This document shows positions 34,011-53,723 of a stretch of 64,000 bases of DNA, piece by piece. The first letter of the stretch is position 1; every line of letters begins with the position of its first letter. Where the stretch lies: the NCBI RefSeq assembly GCF_009914755.1, contig NC_060947.1, one strand, 5' to 3'. Below the pieces are notes generated by a model that was given only the letters and a program-made list of their open reading frames with translations, was not told the origin of the DNA and ran no database searches. This DNA is from the human T2T-CHM13v2.0 reference genome, Homo sapiens. The position numbers and the translations under genes were made by a program.

Positions 34011-36004
34011 CATCTATCATTTTAAGTTCTTCATAACTTTTCAAGGAATAGGTGCAAATCTCTGCATTTTACAAATAGAAAAAATTGTAGAGATGCATCT
34101 TGTCTTTAATCAAGAGCCCTAAAGTAAATCTACTTGGGTCTAATAATGAGAAAATAAGGGATAATTCAACATAAAATCTGTACATAGGAAGCGTTGTTAG
34201 TTATTACAATGAAGTGTTGGGGTCAGTCTTAATGTCTAATAATAAATGAGTAGATTATCACATCTGGTGGAATCTCATAAAACTATTAGAAGTTTGTATT
34301 ATGAATATTACAGAAGTGCCTAGAAGTGCATATGGAGATGAAAAGTTGTGTACAATTGTATCCATTTTGTGGTTATAGTTTTGAAAAATCTACAAAGTCA
34401 TACAGGCATATACATGTGGACAAAGGCTGGGAAGGAAAATGAAAATAGGTGATTTTTCAGGGTATTATAATGCTATGTGATTGTTCTGATTATTTTTAAA
34501 GATAATTTTGTGTAATAAAGAGGGAGAAAACCAAGATGATATATTTCCCATGTAGTGTGCACTGAAGAGCATTGGCATTAAAACAGTCAGGGGTTCCACC
34601 TAGATGATGTGGTTTATAGTATATTGTATCTTATACTTTGGGGGAATTTTAATAGTCTTGACTACTGGCTTTTAATTTTTTATTAGTAAACTTTTAGCAT
34701 ACTATCATTCAACCCATTGCATTTTACCATGGAGTTTCACTATTATTTTATTATTTTCTTCTTCTTCTTGAGAATTATGGCCACAATAAGTAGACTTGTA
34801 TGTTATGTAAATAAATCTTAATGGACTTTTTTTTTTTGAGAATCTTCAACTTGGTGTCATTAAAGAAGCATTTTTAAGCCCGAGATATATGTTCCATTGC
34901 AGTATTATGAGGGAAATCATCCATTATAAACTTCTATGCCCATAGCTTTTTGTGTAGCTTGTCTTGTCAATCAGCAAAGCAAATACTTTACTGCTCTCTG
35001 CCTTCCAAATTACTTCATATATTTTATGGTTGATATACTTTATGGTATGTGTGTTCTTTTCTGTTTCATTGCTTCCATAAAAAAGACTGGTTGAGGTGTT
35101 AGTTTGATTTCTTCTCTTTTTCCATTCATCTGTGAGTACTACTACAAGACACAGTGCACCATTGATTCTTGCATTCCTCATTTACATTCTGATTTTAAAA
35201 GAAGCTTGTTAAAAAGAATTTGCCTGGGTAAATGGTACTATAGTCTTGGTGGTTTGAAAACTTAGAGAATGCTTTTTCAGTTGTTTCATTCCAGTTAAGC
35301 ATATTGTTAAACTGATAAGGTTCATTCTCTCTGTGTGTCTCTGTCTATCTGTGTGTGTCTTGCCTGTCTCTCCCACCACCTTCTCCCCTCAGCCCCCACC
35401 ATTTTGTTTTAAACTAATCTTCAGGGAGTATGTCCACAGTGAAACTATTCAGAGTTCCCTGTACTGTATGTAATTCCTTGGAATGTTTGCCTTTCTTGAG
35501 TTGTTGTGTATTTTACAGAAGTAGTTAGTATCCGGTAGACTTAATGAGTTTTGTAGCATGGTCTTCACATCTTCAAAGAGTTTTTGACTGTTTAGAGCAT
35601 ACTACTTCAAAAGAAGGAATAATTTTATTAATAATTGTGTAAAAATAATGATCCCTGCCCATAGCAAAAATTTAGTACAAAAGGGGTATAAAGTGAAAGA
35701 TTTCATTTCTTCCATTCCAAGTTTTTAGAAGTAACCACTGCTGATAGTTTTTTGTATCCTAGAAATTTCCTAATCATAAACGAATTGAATTATATGTATT
35801 GCATTGTAACTTGCTCTTTTCACTTTATTATAGTACCTTATATTTTACAATATCAGCATATTTTAAAGCAGCATATACATTGTATTTATAAATCTAATCA
35901 TCCCCATGGCTTTTAGAAATGCAAAAATTTTATTTAAAACTCATATATGTATATGTATGTGACTTAGTGTTTTTTCTTCCAGGAAAAGTGGTATTATATA
36001 ATTA

Positions 36005-36315
36005 TTTTCTTTTTTTCTTTCTTTTTTTTTTTTTTTGAGACAGAATTTTGCTCTGTTGCCCAGGCTGGAGTGCAGTGGCTCCATCTCGGCTCACTGCAAC
36101 CTCCGCCTCCCGTGTTCAAGCAGTTCTCTGCCTCAGCCTCCCGAGTAGCTGGGATTACAGGCGCCCGCCACCATGCCTGGGTAATTTTTGTATTTTTAGT
36201 GGAAACAGGGTTTCGCCATCTTGGCCAGGCTGGTCTTGAACTCCTGACCTTGTGATCCACCCACCTCAGCCTCCCAAAGTGCTGGGATTACAGGCGTGAG
36301 CCACCACCCCTGGCA
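36005..36315 (-). mobile_element. AluS
   Basis: Alu consensus; TSD aattatt(t)tcttt. Confidence 0.95.
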
Positions 36316-36397
36316 ATTATTTCTTTATACTACGTTAGCCTAACATTTTTTTTTGTTGCATTGAGGATGTGATTTAGGGCATACTTTATGTTAAAAG

Positions 36398-36930
36398 TGT
36401 TACTGGTAGAGGGTCTTGACTGCAAGTTGTCCAGGTTCTTGGCATTTTGAACGAAGAATTGGACAAAACACACATCAAAGCAAGGAAAGAATGAAGCAAG
36501 GAAAGCAGATATTTATTGAAAATGAAAGTACACTCCACAGAGTAGAAGCGGCTGGACCAGCGGCTCAAGAGCCCTGGTTACAGGATCTTCTGGGGTCCAA
36601 ATACCCTCTAGAGGTTTTCCGTTGGCCACTTGGTGTACACCCCATGCAAATGAAGTAGTGGCCTGTGATCAGTCTGATTGATTGTGGAAAGCAAGCAATT
36701 GGGGGCTGAAGTGAAGTTACAAAGTTACGCTCCTATGCAAACTTTGTAACTATACAAAGTGATACTCTTAAGAAAGGTACTTTCAGTTTTCCCTCTGCCA
36801 CACAGAGGTACTTTAGTATGGAGAGTTACTTAGGTATGGAGGGTTGAGGTTTTCCTTTTGATTTAGTTCTAGGAAGTCAGGGTGAATAGGCCTTATTCCA
36901 CCTGCCTCCAGACCCCATTCTCTTGCCTCA
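36398..36930 (-). mobile_element. Solo ERV1 LTR, MER51-family
   Basis: TG...CA termini; minus strand begins tgaggcaagagaatggggtctggaggcagg (MER51-like); 4-bp TSD aaag on both sides; minus-strand AATAAA at 36512-36517. Confidence 0.85.
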
Positions 36931-37640
36931 AAAGAACAAACTTTACTATGTACATATTTTGATGGTGTCTTTTCAGAGTTGTGTTTAAGATGCAGTTTTT
37001 GTTCTCAATGTCCACAGTCTTAATACAGAAGGTAGCTAATGAAACAAAAATACTAGAATAGAGTCATTATTGTAATGATGGAAACTTACATAAAGTATAG
37101 GAACAGAAAGAGGTAGTGATTATCTCAGAGATTTCAAGGAGTGTGTCTTACAGAGGAGGCGTAGTGATTGAGGTTCAGTAGTTTATCACGACATTCCAAA
37201 CCACCTGACCTCCATCTCGCATAACTCTAACTGCTCTTAGTTCCCTGGGGACACCAGGCTGTTTGCCTAGATATTTCTTTGCTTGGGCTGTTTCTAATGC
37301 CTAGAATATTCCTGTACCCACTTGCCAGCATAACAGTACATGTCCTTCCAGATTTAGATTGAGGTTACTTGAAAACCATACCTGAGGTTTCCTTTCCCAG
37401 AAGAGCTACTTTCTGGTGCCCTGAGGCTTCCTAAGCATATTCATGCCAGTGTGCTTTCAGTGTACCCTATAGTAATCACTTGTGTGACACCTTCACTATA
37501 CTTTAAATTCACTGGGGGGAGAGAGTATGTTTTATTCATTTTCCCTGAACATTTTATTATGAAAAACTCCAATGTACATAATTGTATAGTGAATACTCAT
37601 ATACCTATCACCTAGATTTGACTTTTAGCTTTTTGCTCTA

Positions 37641-38576
<936 letters not shown>

Positions 38577-38934
38577 TATTTGTTTTGTCAGGTACCATCC
38601 ATCTAGCTTTTGTGCTCTGCGTTTTTAAACATGCACTCCAAAGTAAGTTGCAGACATTGGTGTATGTCACCTCTGAAGAATTCAGCATTAAAATCCTTAA
38701 TTTTATTTATTATTAACTCTTTATTTTAATCCTTTTTTACATTTTAAAATGTGTATTATTTTTATCATCAGGCCTACCACAGTGCTGCTACAGATATACT
38801 TAATATTTGAATTGAAATCTCTTAAAATTTTTAAATTTTACTTTTTTTTTAAATTTCCGTAGCCTTTTTACTTTGTGCATTTGAGTCTAAGTTTACTGCA
38901 CTCGAAGAGATCAATTCATTGAGGGCTGTAGTAG

Positions 38935-39272
<338 letters not shown>

Positions 39273-39597
39273 TAAAGAATGATTCTGCATTGAGTACAAA
39301 GGGGGTGGTTATGGTTACAGGCTGGAGAAACAGAGATGGGAATGAGTACTTTCCATGGAATAATGAGACAAACATTGTGATTGAAACTGTAGGTTCAATT
39401 TTATTAATAGAAAAAGCAGGTCTTTGGTTTTTGCAGGATCTTGTTGGGATTGATTATATTTAAATATAAGTGCCTAAAAATGATACCTTGTATTTTTCTT
39501 AAACGATACATTTTTCTAGTTGGGTAAACTTTTGAGTTATTTAGACTAAAAACTGGGTGGCTTAGTGTTTCTGTAGAAGATAGAAAATGAACAGAGG

Positions 39598-39720
39598 AGC
39601 CAGTCACAGTGACTCACACCTGTAATCCCAGCCCTTTAGGAGGCTGAGTCCAGGAGTTCAAGACCAGCCTGGGCAACTTGGTGAGACCTTGACTCTACAC
39701 AAAAAACAATTTTTAAAAAA
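39598..39720 (+). mobile_element. Alu monomer fragment
   Basis: Left-arm consensus. Confidence 0.8.
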
Positions 39721-40391
39721 ATTCCATTTAAAGAAAATCGGGGAAGATCCCAGTGGTGAGTTGAAATCTATATGGAATGAACTTCCTGGAGATTTTCAAT
39801 CTCGCTTACCTTAAATTTGAGCAATACCTTTCAGGAAAGGTACATTTTTTTTTTCTTGTGGAAAGAAGAGTAGTGTGGCCACTGGTGGCTTATTCTCTGG
39901 AAAGCTTCTTAAGGACATTCTGGGGAAATGCATCATTGAGCTGTGGGTTCCTGGCATTTGAGTGAATAATGTTCAGATGATTAAGTGGCCCAAGGCAGGA
40001 AGCAGGGAGAATGTTTGCTTCTCTTCCCTAGCTACTCATACCTCCTGTTTCTCTAAAACTGGGTAATCCTATATATAACAGGTTGCTGATTCCATGACTT
40101 AGAATAGCTTTTCTTAAAGTGGAGTATGGATTCACCTATATTAGGGGATTTATGAATAATACAAATACCTGAGACCTGTATACAGATCTACTGAATGAGT
40201 CCTTGGATGTCGGACCTGTGACCATGCATTTAAACGAACATTTTATATGATTTTTATGCATATTGGAATTTAAGAGAACTGCTCTCATATAGGTGGAATT
40301 TTCCATAATTTATTTATTAAACAACCACCTATAGGCATTATGGGGGAGTTACTGCTCCTCTTTAGGAAGTATAATTACAGGCAGTAAATGC

Positions 40392-40852
40392 TGTCTTAGT
40401 CCATTTGTGTTTTGCTGTAACAGAACACCCGAGGCTGGGTAATTTATAAACAAAAGAGGTTTTAGCTCAGTGTTCTACAGTCTGGAAAATAAGAGAAGCA
40501 TTGCACCATATCTACTTGGCTTCTGGTGATGGTTACTTGCTAGGTCAAAACATGGTAGATAAGGTCAAAGGGGAAGTGGACACATTCAAAGAGAGAACCC
40601 AAGGGATAGCTTGGCTTTATAGCAACAGCCCCACTCTCTTGGGAATGAATCCATTTCCAGGAGAACTAATCCAGTCTCACCAGAGTGAGAACTCAGAATC
40701 TCACTCATTACCAAAAGATTGGCAACAAGTCATTCATGAGGGATCTGCCACCATGACCCAAACACCTCTCAGTAGGCTTTACCTCCCAACACAGCCACGT
40801 TGGGGATCAAATTTCAACATGAGTTTTGGTGGGGACAAACAAACCATATCTA
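40392..40852 (-). mobile_element. MaLR solo LTR (MST/MLT1A-like)
   Basis: tgtcttagtccattt...gctgggtaatttataaa...aaaccatatc. Confidence 0.85.
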
Positions 40853-41834
40853 ACCCAAAGCAAATGCCTATTGCTTTATAATAAGATTGATGGTAAAGTG
40901 CAGCTGTTGGGGATTTTCTGCTGCTCAAGATTTTGCTAAAGATCGTTTTGTGTACACAATTGTAAGGAAACTATTATTTTTATTGCATGTATTGAATGAA
41001 GAGTAAGATATTTCAGGGGTTTCTATGTGATAGTTTTAGATAGTTCCTTAAGTACAAAGGAAGGAAATTAAGACCTTATGTTTGAAATTGAGTGATTCAC
41101 AATACTTTAAGAGTGTAGTCTTATTTTTGTTCTGAAGAGCTATTATGTGGATTATCCTAGTAAGACAAGTATATATTTATGAGACAAATATGTAGAAGAT
41201 GAGTTCAAGCCTAGATTCTTGCCTCTTAGCTGTGTGACCTTGGGAAAAGCTTTTAACTTAAAAACAAATTCAGCGTTGATTAGTATTTAGGGGAAGTTGA
41301 TTTGCTGTAGAAACCATGTTATGCTATTACTTGCGTAAGTATTTTGGTAACACTTCTGGTATTACCATGGTAGTATAAAAGCATTTTTTTCCCTCTCGTA
41401 TAATACAGAAACAACAACGTAAACAAAAAACCTCTGCAAACTCCTATTTTTAGCACACTTGGAGACATAAAATGTGCCGATTACAAAAAATGTGTAGAGG
41501 GGCCGGTAGGTCGTGCATCAAAGAAGTGTGGAGAATAGTGAGCTGGCCCAGAGATGGTAGATCTTAGAAAGCTTGACTGTAAAATACAATAATATCCTTT
41601 GTATGTGACAATGGGAGCAGGTAAAGAGATGAGCAGGCTACAAGATAAAGCCTTTATGGAAAAGGTTTAGTCACGACTAGGGAGATATGGTAGGGCTTTT
41701 GCACAACGAATCCGTTTTAGCAGGAAATCATCTCTGTGGAAGCAGTGGAGAGAACTTTTGACTTAAGAAGCCTGAAAGGCTATTTATCCTAACATATAAA
41801 GAGCTCTTTGGAGTCAGTAAGAAAAAGATCATTA

Positions 41835-42232
<398 letters not shown>

Positions 42233-42799
42233 TTAGACCTGTTTGGTTCCTGATTTCCTTAGCAAGAGTTCAGATAGTGATTAATACTGCATTATCCAAA
42301 TCTGTTTGGTTGATGTTTTGAGTAACAAGGGATTTATTGAAAATGTATGCTTGGTTCCTGAGATTGTGAAGTAGAATTTTGTGTAGGGAGGTTCACCAGT
42401 ATCCTGAATACCACTGTTCACTTAGCAGATTGCCAAAAATCTCTAAAGTCTTGACAGCACTGTTGGTGACTGTATAGAAACTGACAGATCCGTACATACA
42501 TTGCCGGTGGAAGTATAATTCGATATAACCCCCGAACATGGAGGGCAATTTTGATATCTGTTAAAATTACAAATGCATATCGCCTTTGGCCAATGCCTTC
42601 AATCATGTTTCAGTCAGTATGAGGGACTACTTATGTGTTAATTGGTTAAAACAATCACAGCAACATAGAATTAAATATTAAATATTATTCAGATAGCTGA
42701 AACAGATAGCTTTGAGGTTCCAATGTAGATGTTGATGAAATAACATCAGAAGAAAGCATTTGAGTATGGGCAGGCGAACACTGATGGACATAAATTAAA

Positions 42800-45150
<2,351 letters not shown>

Positions 45151-45247
45151 TAGATTTTTAAATATAGTTTTAAATATTCTTATAAAAGTTGTATATGTAC
45201 ATTGTAGAAAAAATCTACAGATAACTAAAAATAAGAAAGCAAAACCA

Positions 45248-45530
45248 GGCCGGACATAGTGGCTCATGCTTGTAATCCAAGTGCTTTGGGAGGCCAAGGC
45301 CGGGAGTATCACGAGACCAGCCTGGGCAACATAGCGAGACCCCATCTCTACAGAAAATGAAAAAAAAAAATTAGCCAAGCATGGTGGTGCCTGGGTGCAT
45401 GTCTGTAGTCCCAGCTATTCAGGAGGCTGAGGCAGGAGGATCACTTGAGCCCAGGAGTTCGAGGTGACAGTGCTCTCCAGCCTGGGTGACAGTGAGACTC
45501 TGTCTCTAAAAAAATAGAAAGAAAATAAAA
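45248..45530 (+). mobile_element. AluJ
   Basis: Alu consensus with deletions. Confidence 0.9.
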
Positions 45531-45871
45531 CCATCCTGTTTTTATCTTTCAGACATTTTTCTATACACATATATATGTGCCATTAAAAAAGAAACACCCC
45601 TTCAGAGTAGAGGAAGCAGAGAGACATTATTCTATACATGTGCTTTTGTGTCTGTCTTGTCTTTTTCTTCCCTCCTTTTCTTCCTTTTTTATTTAGCTCC
45701 ACCATTTCATGTCAGTAACATTTAATTTTAATGCCCAGTCCACATTCACATTTCTCCAAGTATTCATAAACATGTATCATATCTGGTTTATCCAAACCAT
45801 ACATGCATTGAATCTGGTTTCTCTCTCCCTCCTCCTACCCTCCTCCCTCCCCCTTCTCTCCCTGTCTCTCT

Positions 45872-46415
45872 CAGACAGGATCTCCCTCTGTCACCCAGGC
45901 TAGAGTGCAGTGGCATAATCATAGCTCACTGCAATCTCCCAACTTGTGGGTTCAAGTGATTCTCTGGCCTCAGCCACCCAAGTAGCTGGGACTACGGGTG
46001 TGTGTCCCCATGTATGCCTAATTTTTTTGTTTGTTTGTTTGAGACAGTCTTGCCTCTGTCGCTCAGGGTGGAGTGCAGTGGTGCTATCTCGGCTCACTGC
46101 AACAACCTCCGCCTCCTGGGCCAAAGTGATCCTCCTGCCTCAGCCTCCTGAGTAGCTGGGACTAGAGATGTGTGTCACCATGCCCATCTAATTTTTATAT
46201 ATTTTGTGTAGCCGGGGTTTCTGCATGTTGCTCAGACTGGTCTTGAATTCTTGGGCTCAAGTGATCCACCCACTTGGCCTCCTGAAGTGTTGGGATTACA
46301 GCTGTGAGCCACCCTGCCCGGCCATAGTTTTTTTTTTTTTTTATTTTTTGTAGCGACAGGGTCTTGCTATGTTGCCCAGGCTGGTCTTGAACTCCTGGTC
46401 TCAAGTGATCCTTCC
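45872..46415 (-). mobile_element. Antisense Alu split by a second antisense Alu (46022-46323)
   Basis: Alu arm segments. Confidence 0.88.
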
Positions 46416-46485
46416 ATGTGAATCTGGTCTCTTAAGCCTCAACTCTAATAACCTAGCACAGCTCACCCTCCTTTTATATAAACTA

Positions 46486-48269
<1,784 letters not shown>

Positions 48270-48356
48270 TATATTGAGGTATAATTTACATACAATAGAC
48301 ATCACCCATGATATATACTCCCTTGCAACCATCCACAACAATCAAGATAACATCAT

Positions 48357-48646
48357 GGCTGGGTGGCTCACACCTGTAATCTCAGCACTTTGGGAAGCTG
48401 AGGCAGGAGTATCGCTTGAGGCTAGGAGTTTGAGTCAGGCCTAGGCAGCAAAGCAAGACCCTGTCTCTACAAAATAAACACACAAAAACACAAAAATATT
48501 AGCTGAGCATGGTGGGATGCAGTTACTGAGGAGGGAGGATGGCTTGAGCCCAGGAATTTGAGGTTGCAGTGAACTGTGATCATGCCACTGCACTGTAGTC
48601 TGGGCGACAGAGGGAGACCCTGTCTCAAGACAACAACAACATAAAA
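48357..48646 (+). mobile_element. AluJ
   Basis: Alu consensus. Confidence 0.9.
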
Positions 48647-49043
48647 ACCCCATCTCCATTACCCTCAAGTTTCTTCTTGCCTCCTTTCTGTCAAGGTAGA
48701 TTAGTTTGCATTTTTTGTAATTTAGAATTTCATATAAGTAAAATCTTACAATAGTAGATACACCACAGTCTTCATATAATCCCAACTCTTTGGGAGGCCA
48801 AGGCGGGAGCATTGCTTGCACTCGGGAGTTATAGGTTTGAATATATCCTAGGTGATTTTGTATATTTGTTGTATCTTTCCTGTAGATACGTTAGTGATGA
48901 TAAAGTTAATTCCTGGCTTAGGGTGATGACTGTCCAATTTTCTTATTGTACTGCTAGGTTTTCACCTTATGAGTAGAAAATTACCTGTGTGGTTTTACTT
49001 GGGAACTAAAAGATGGCCAGTTCTGCGTCAGCCATACACCTGA

Positions 49044-50140
<1,097 letters not shown>

Positions 50141-50511
50141 TAATTCTTAATGAAAAGGTAGGGTAAATACTTAATTTTTTCCTTTAGTTACCAATTTTCA
50201 AATTAAGGTGTTAATTTAGTAACTATAATGATAACATAGATTTGTTCTTTTATCTTTTTTTGAGGTTTATTATAGATTTTTATTGGTTTAATATATTTTA
50301 ATACACTATAGTCATGTGTATTTGTTTTTGATGTATTTTAAAAATCAGTTTATATTGATACTCCTGATGAAACATTTTTTGCTTTAACTTTTTTATGGTA
50401 AAATACAGATAACATATACATTTGAACCATTTTTAAGTGTACAGTTCAGTAGCATTAAGTGCTTTCACATTTGTTGTGCAGCCGTCACCACCATCCATCT
50501 CTGGAACTTTT

Positions 50512-50708
50512 TCTTTTTTGAAAACTTTCTAGAGGTTCATATTTATTGGCATTTGACCTAGAGTCTTCCTCATGGGCAAGGTGCAGCCCTGGGCAGGACT
50601 ATCAGCATCCTGCTGTCTCCTCAATTCTGTTAATCCACCAATCCTAATCCCTCCTAACCCCACTCATAGTCCAGAGAAGATAAAAAGTTCAGGGACATGG
50701 TGTACTGC
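50512..50708 (-). pseudogene. Processed-pseudogene fragment (mRNA 3' end, parent unidentified) inserted in L1MB
   Basis: Minus-strand AATAAA (50542-50547) ~22 nt before an A-rich tail; decayed TSD; L1 sequence resumes on both sides. Confidence 0.7.
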
Positions 50709-51343
50709 TCTCCAGATCCTTTCCCAGCTGAAACTCTATACCCATTTAGCACTAATTTCCCATTTTCCCTAGCCCAAGATAACCAACCACCATTCTACTT
50801 TCTCTTTGAATTTGACTCCTAGGTACCTCACATATATATTCCTATTTAGTGGAATTGTAGACTATTTATCCTTTTGTGACTGGCTTATTTCACTTAGCAC
50901 TGTTTTCTAGGTTCATCCATGTTGTAGCTTCTGTCATAATTTCCTTCCCTTTTAAGGCTGAATAATTTTCCATTGTGTATATGTACCATATTTTGTTCAT
51001 CCATTCATTCATTGATAGATACTTGAGTTGCTTCTACCTTTTGGCAATTGTGAGTGATGCTGTTATGAACATGGGTGTACAAATGTCTGTTTTGAGTCCT
51101 TGTTTTGCTTTCGTGCATTCTATTAAAAATGTTAAGGTTCTTTGCTTTTTACTTTTTTTTCTCTTTTATCCACCTTTTGACTTTATTCTTAAAGTTTTAT
51201 CTTGGTATAATAATTTATGGTATGTTGCAGAATTAGGAGCAAAGTCCCGTGTGTCCTTCACTCAGTTTCCCCCAATGGTAACATTTTTCATAATTACAGC
51301 ACAATGTCAAGACCGGGAAATTGACATTGATACAGTCCATATA

Positions 51344-51665
51344 CAGGTGTCCCTTGGTATCTGTGGGGGATTGGTTCCAGAACCCTCGATGATACCAAAA
51401 TCCATGGATGCTTAAGTTTATTAGATAAAATGGCATAGTGTTTTCACATAACCTACACACATCTTCCTGTATACTTTAAATCATCTTTCGATTACTTATA
51501 ACACCTAATATAATATAAATGCCGTGTAAATAGTTATATTGTATTGATTTTATTTGTATTTTTTTTATTGTTGTTATTTTTCATTGTGTTTTTTCCCTGA
51601 ATATTTTCTATCTGTGGTTGGTTGAATCTGAGCATGGGGAACCCATGGATATGGAGGGCTAACTG
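51344..51665. mobile_element. MER2
   Basis: caggtgtcccttggtatctgtgggggattggttccag...ggagggctaactg with TA flanks. Confidence 0.88.
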
Positions 51666-52151
51666 TATTTATTCAGATCTTGCTAGTTATACATGGACTC
51701 ATTTAGATAACTATGTTTGCATGTTTTATGTGTATAATTCTATGCAGTTTTATCATGTGTGGATAGGTGTAAGCACTACCACCACCATCACCATCACCAT
51801 CAAGACACAGAACTGTCCCATCATCACAGATATCCCTCACACTACTCATTTAGTTACACTCACTCCCCCACCCCTTCTCTCCTTCCTCTATTTGGTTTCT
51901 AATCTGTGTCAACCACTAACCTGTTATTCATAATTTTGACATTTTCATGGAGTCATATAAATGGAAATCATACTGTATATAACTATTGAGTTTTTGTTTT
52001 GTTTTGTTTTTGCATTTAGCATAGTTTCCTTGGGATCCATCCATGTTGTTATATTTCAGTAATTCATTTCTTTCTATTACTGAGATGTAGTCTGCGGTAC
52101 AGATGTACCACAGTTTGTTTAACCATGTACTCATTGAGGGATTTTTGGGTT

Positions 52152-52589
52152 TGTATTAGTTTTTTAGGGCTGCCTAACAAAGTAGCACAAACTGGGTGGC
52201 TTAAACAACAGAAATTTATTGTTCTGGAGGCAAGAAGTCCAAGATCAAGGAGTTGGCAGGGTTAGTTCCTTCTGAGAGAATCTATTCTGTCCCCCTCTCT
52301 TAGCTTCTGGTGGTTTGCTGGCAATCTTTGGTGTCCTTTGGCTGGTAGAAGCATTACCTCCCATCTCTGCCTTCATTTTCACATGGTGTTCTCCTTGTGT
52401 GTATGTCTCTTTGCAAATTGTCCTTTTTTTTATTAGAGTACCACTCATATTGCATTCCTCCCTAAGGACTTCGTTTTAACTTGATAACTTCAGTAAAGAT
52501 CCTGACTCCAAATAAGGTCATATTCTGAGGTACTGGGGGATAGGACTTCAACATATGAATGTTTGGGAGACACAATTAAACCCATAGCA
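52152..52589 (-). mobile_element. MLT1 (C/D-like) solo LTR
   Basis: tgtattagtt...aaactgggtggcttaaacaacagaaatttatt...cccatagca. Confidence 0.87.
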
Positions 52590-52846
52590 GAGTTGCTTTC
52601 ATGTTTTGGCTATTACAAACAAAGGTCCTATGGATGTTTATGTACATGTTTTTACGTAGACATAGGTTTTCATTTCTCTGGGATAAATGCTCAGGTGTAA
52701 GGTTACTGGTGGTTATGGTAAGTGCATGTATGGTTTTTAAAGAAACGTCTAAGCTCTTTGCCAGAGTGGCTGTAGTTTACATTTCCACCAGCAGTGTATA
52801 AGAATCAGTTTCTCTGCATCTTTGCTATCATTTGGTGTTGTCACTA

Positions 52847-53147
52847 TTTTTTTTTTTTTTTTTTTGAGAGGGAGTCTCGCTCTGTTGCCCAGGCTGGAGT
52901 GCAGTGGCACAATTTGAGCTCACTGCAAGCTCTGCCTCCCGGGTTCACACCATTCTCCTGCCTCAGCCTCCCGAGTAGCTGGGACTACAGGTGCCCACCA
53001 CCACGCCCGGCTAATTTTTTTGTATTTTTAGTAGAGACGGGGTTTCACTGTGTTCATCAGGATGGTCTTGATCTCCTGACCTTGTGATCCGCCCACCTCG
53101 GCCTCCCAAAGTGTTGGGATTACAGGCGTGAGCCACCGTGCCCGGGC
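52847..53147 (-). mobile_element. AluY-like
   Basis: Alu consensus; TSD tgtcactattttt. Confidence 0.95.
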
Positions 53148-53399
53148 TGTCACTATTTTTTTATTTTGGCAATTCTTACAGATGTAGTGATATCATGTTG
53201 TGGTTTTAATTTGTGTTTTCTTCTATTCAGTTTAACATGTGTTTTAAAAGTTTGTTTGCTAATTATCTCTTTTATACTTAATATCTTGATTCTTAGGGTC
53301 ATTAACAAGATTGCTTGCCTTCTCCTATAGTATAAAGAAAATAACTTCAGAAAAACAGAATTAGTGTAGCAGACAACAGAAGTATTGTATGAAGTTTAA

Positions 53400-53723
53400 T
53401 TTTCTTTCCTTCTTTTTTTTAAAAATAGAGACATAGTCTTGCTCTGTCACCTAGGCTGCAGTGCAGTGACCTAATCACAGCTCACTGCAGCCTCGTACTC
53501 CTGGGCTCAAGCGATCTCTCTCTCTCTCTCTCTTTCTTCCCTCCCCCTCCACCCTTTCCCCCTCTCCCTTCCCCGCTTTCCTCCCTCTCCCTCCCTCTCC
53601 TTTTTTGTAGAGAACAGGTCTCGCTGTGTTGACCAGGCTGGTCTCAAACCCCTGGCCTCAAGCGATCCCCCCACCTTGGCCTCCCAAAGTGCTGGGATTA
53701 CAAGTGTGAGCCATCCCATCCTG
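53400..53723 (-). mobile_element. AluJ with its centre replaced by a CT-rich tract
   Basis: Alu arms flank pyrimidine run 53515-53606. Confidence 0.88.

Larger units (their letters stand above)
50380..52850 (-). mobile_element. Old L1MB/MC fragments hosting nested inserts
   Basis: L1M 3'UTR motifs (gtacagttcagtagcattaagt, ggctgaataattttccattgt). Confidence 0.8.

Noticed and set aside
40501-40881. 126-aa ORF
   Set aside because: Lies almost wholly within a MaLR LTR and uses a non-ATG start
48892-49043. Two GTGATGA boxes and a distant CTGA suggesting a C/D snoRNA; also a 16-nt match to the 23.57-kb repeat
   Set aside because: No terminal stem; the CTGA belongs to an Alu target site; one 16-nt AT-rich match in 64 kb is plausible by chance
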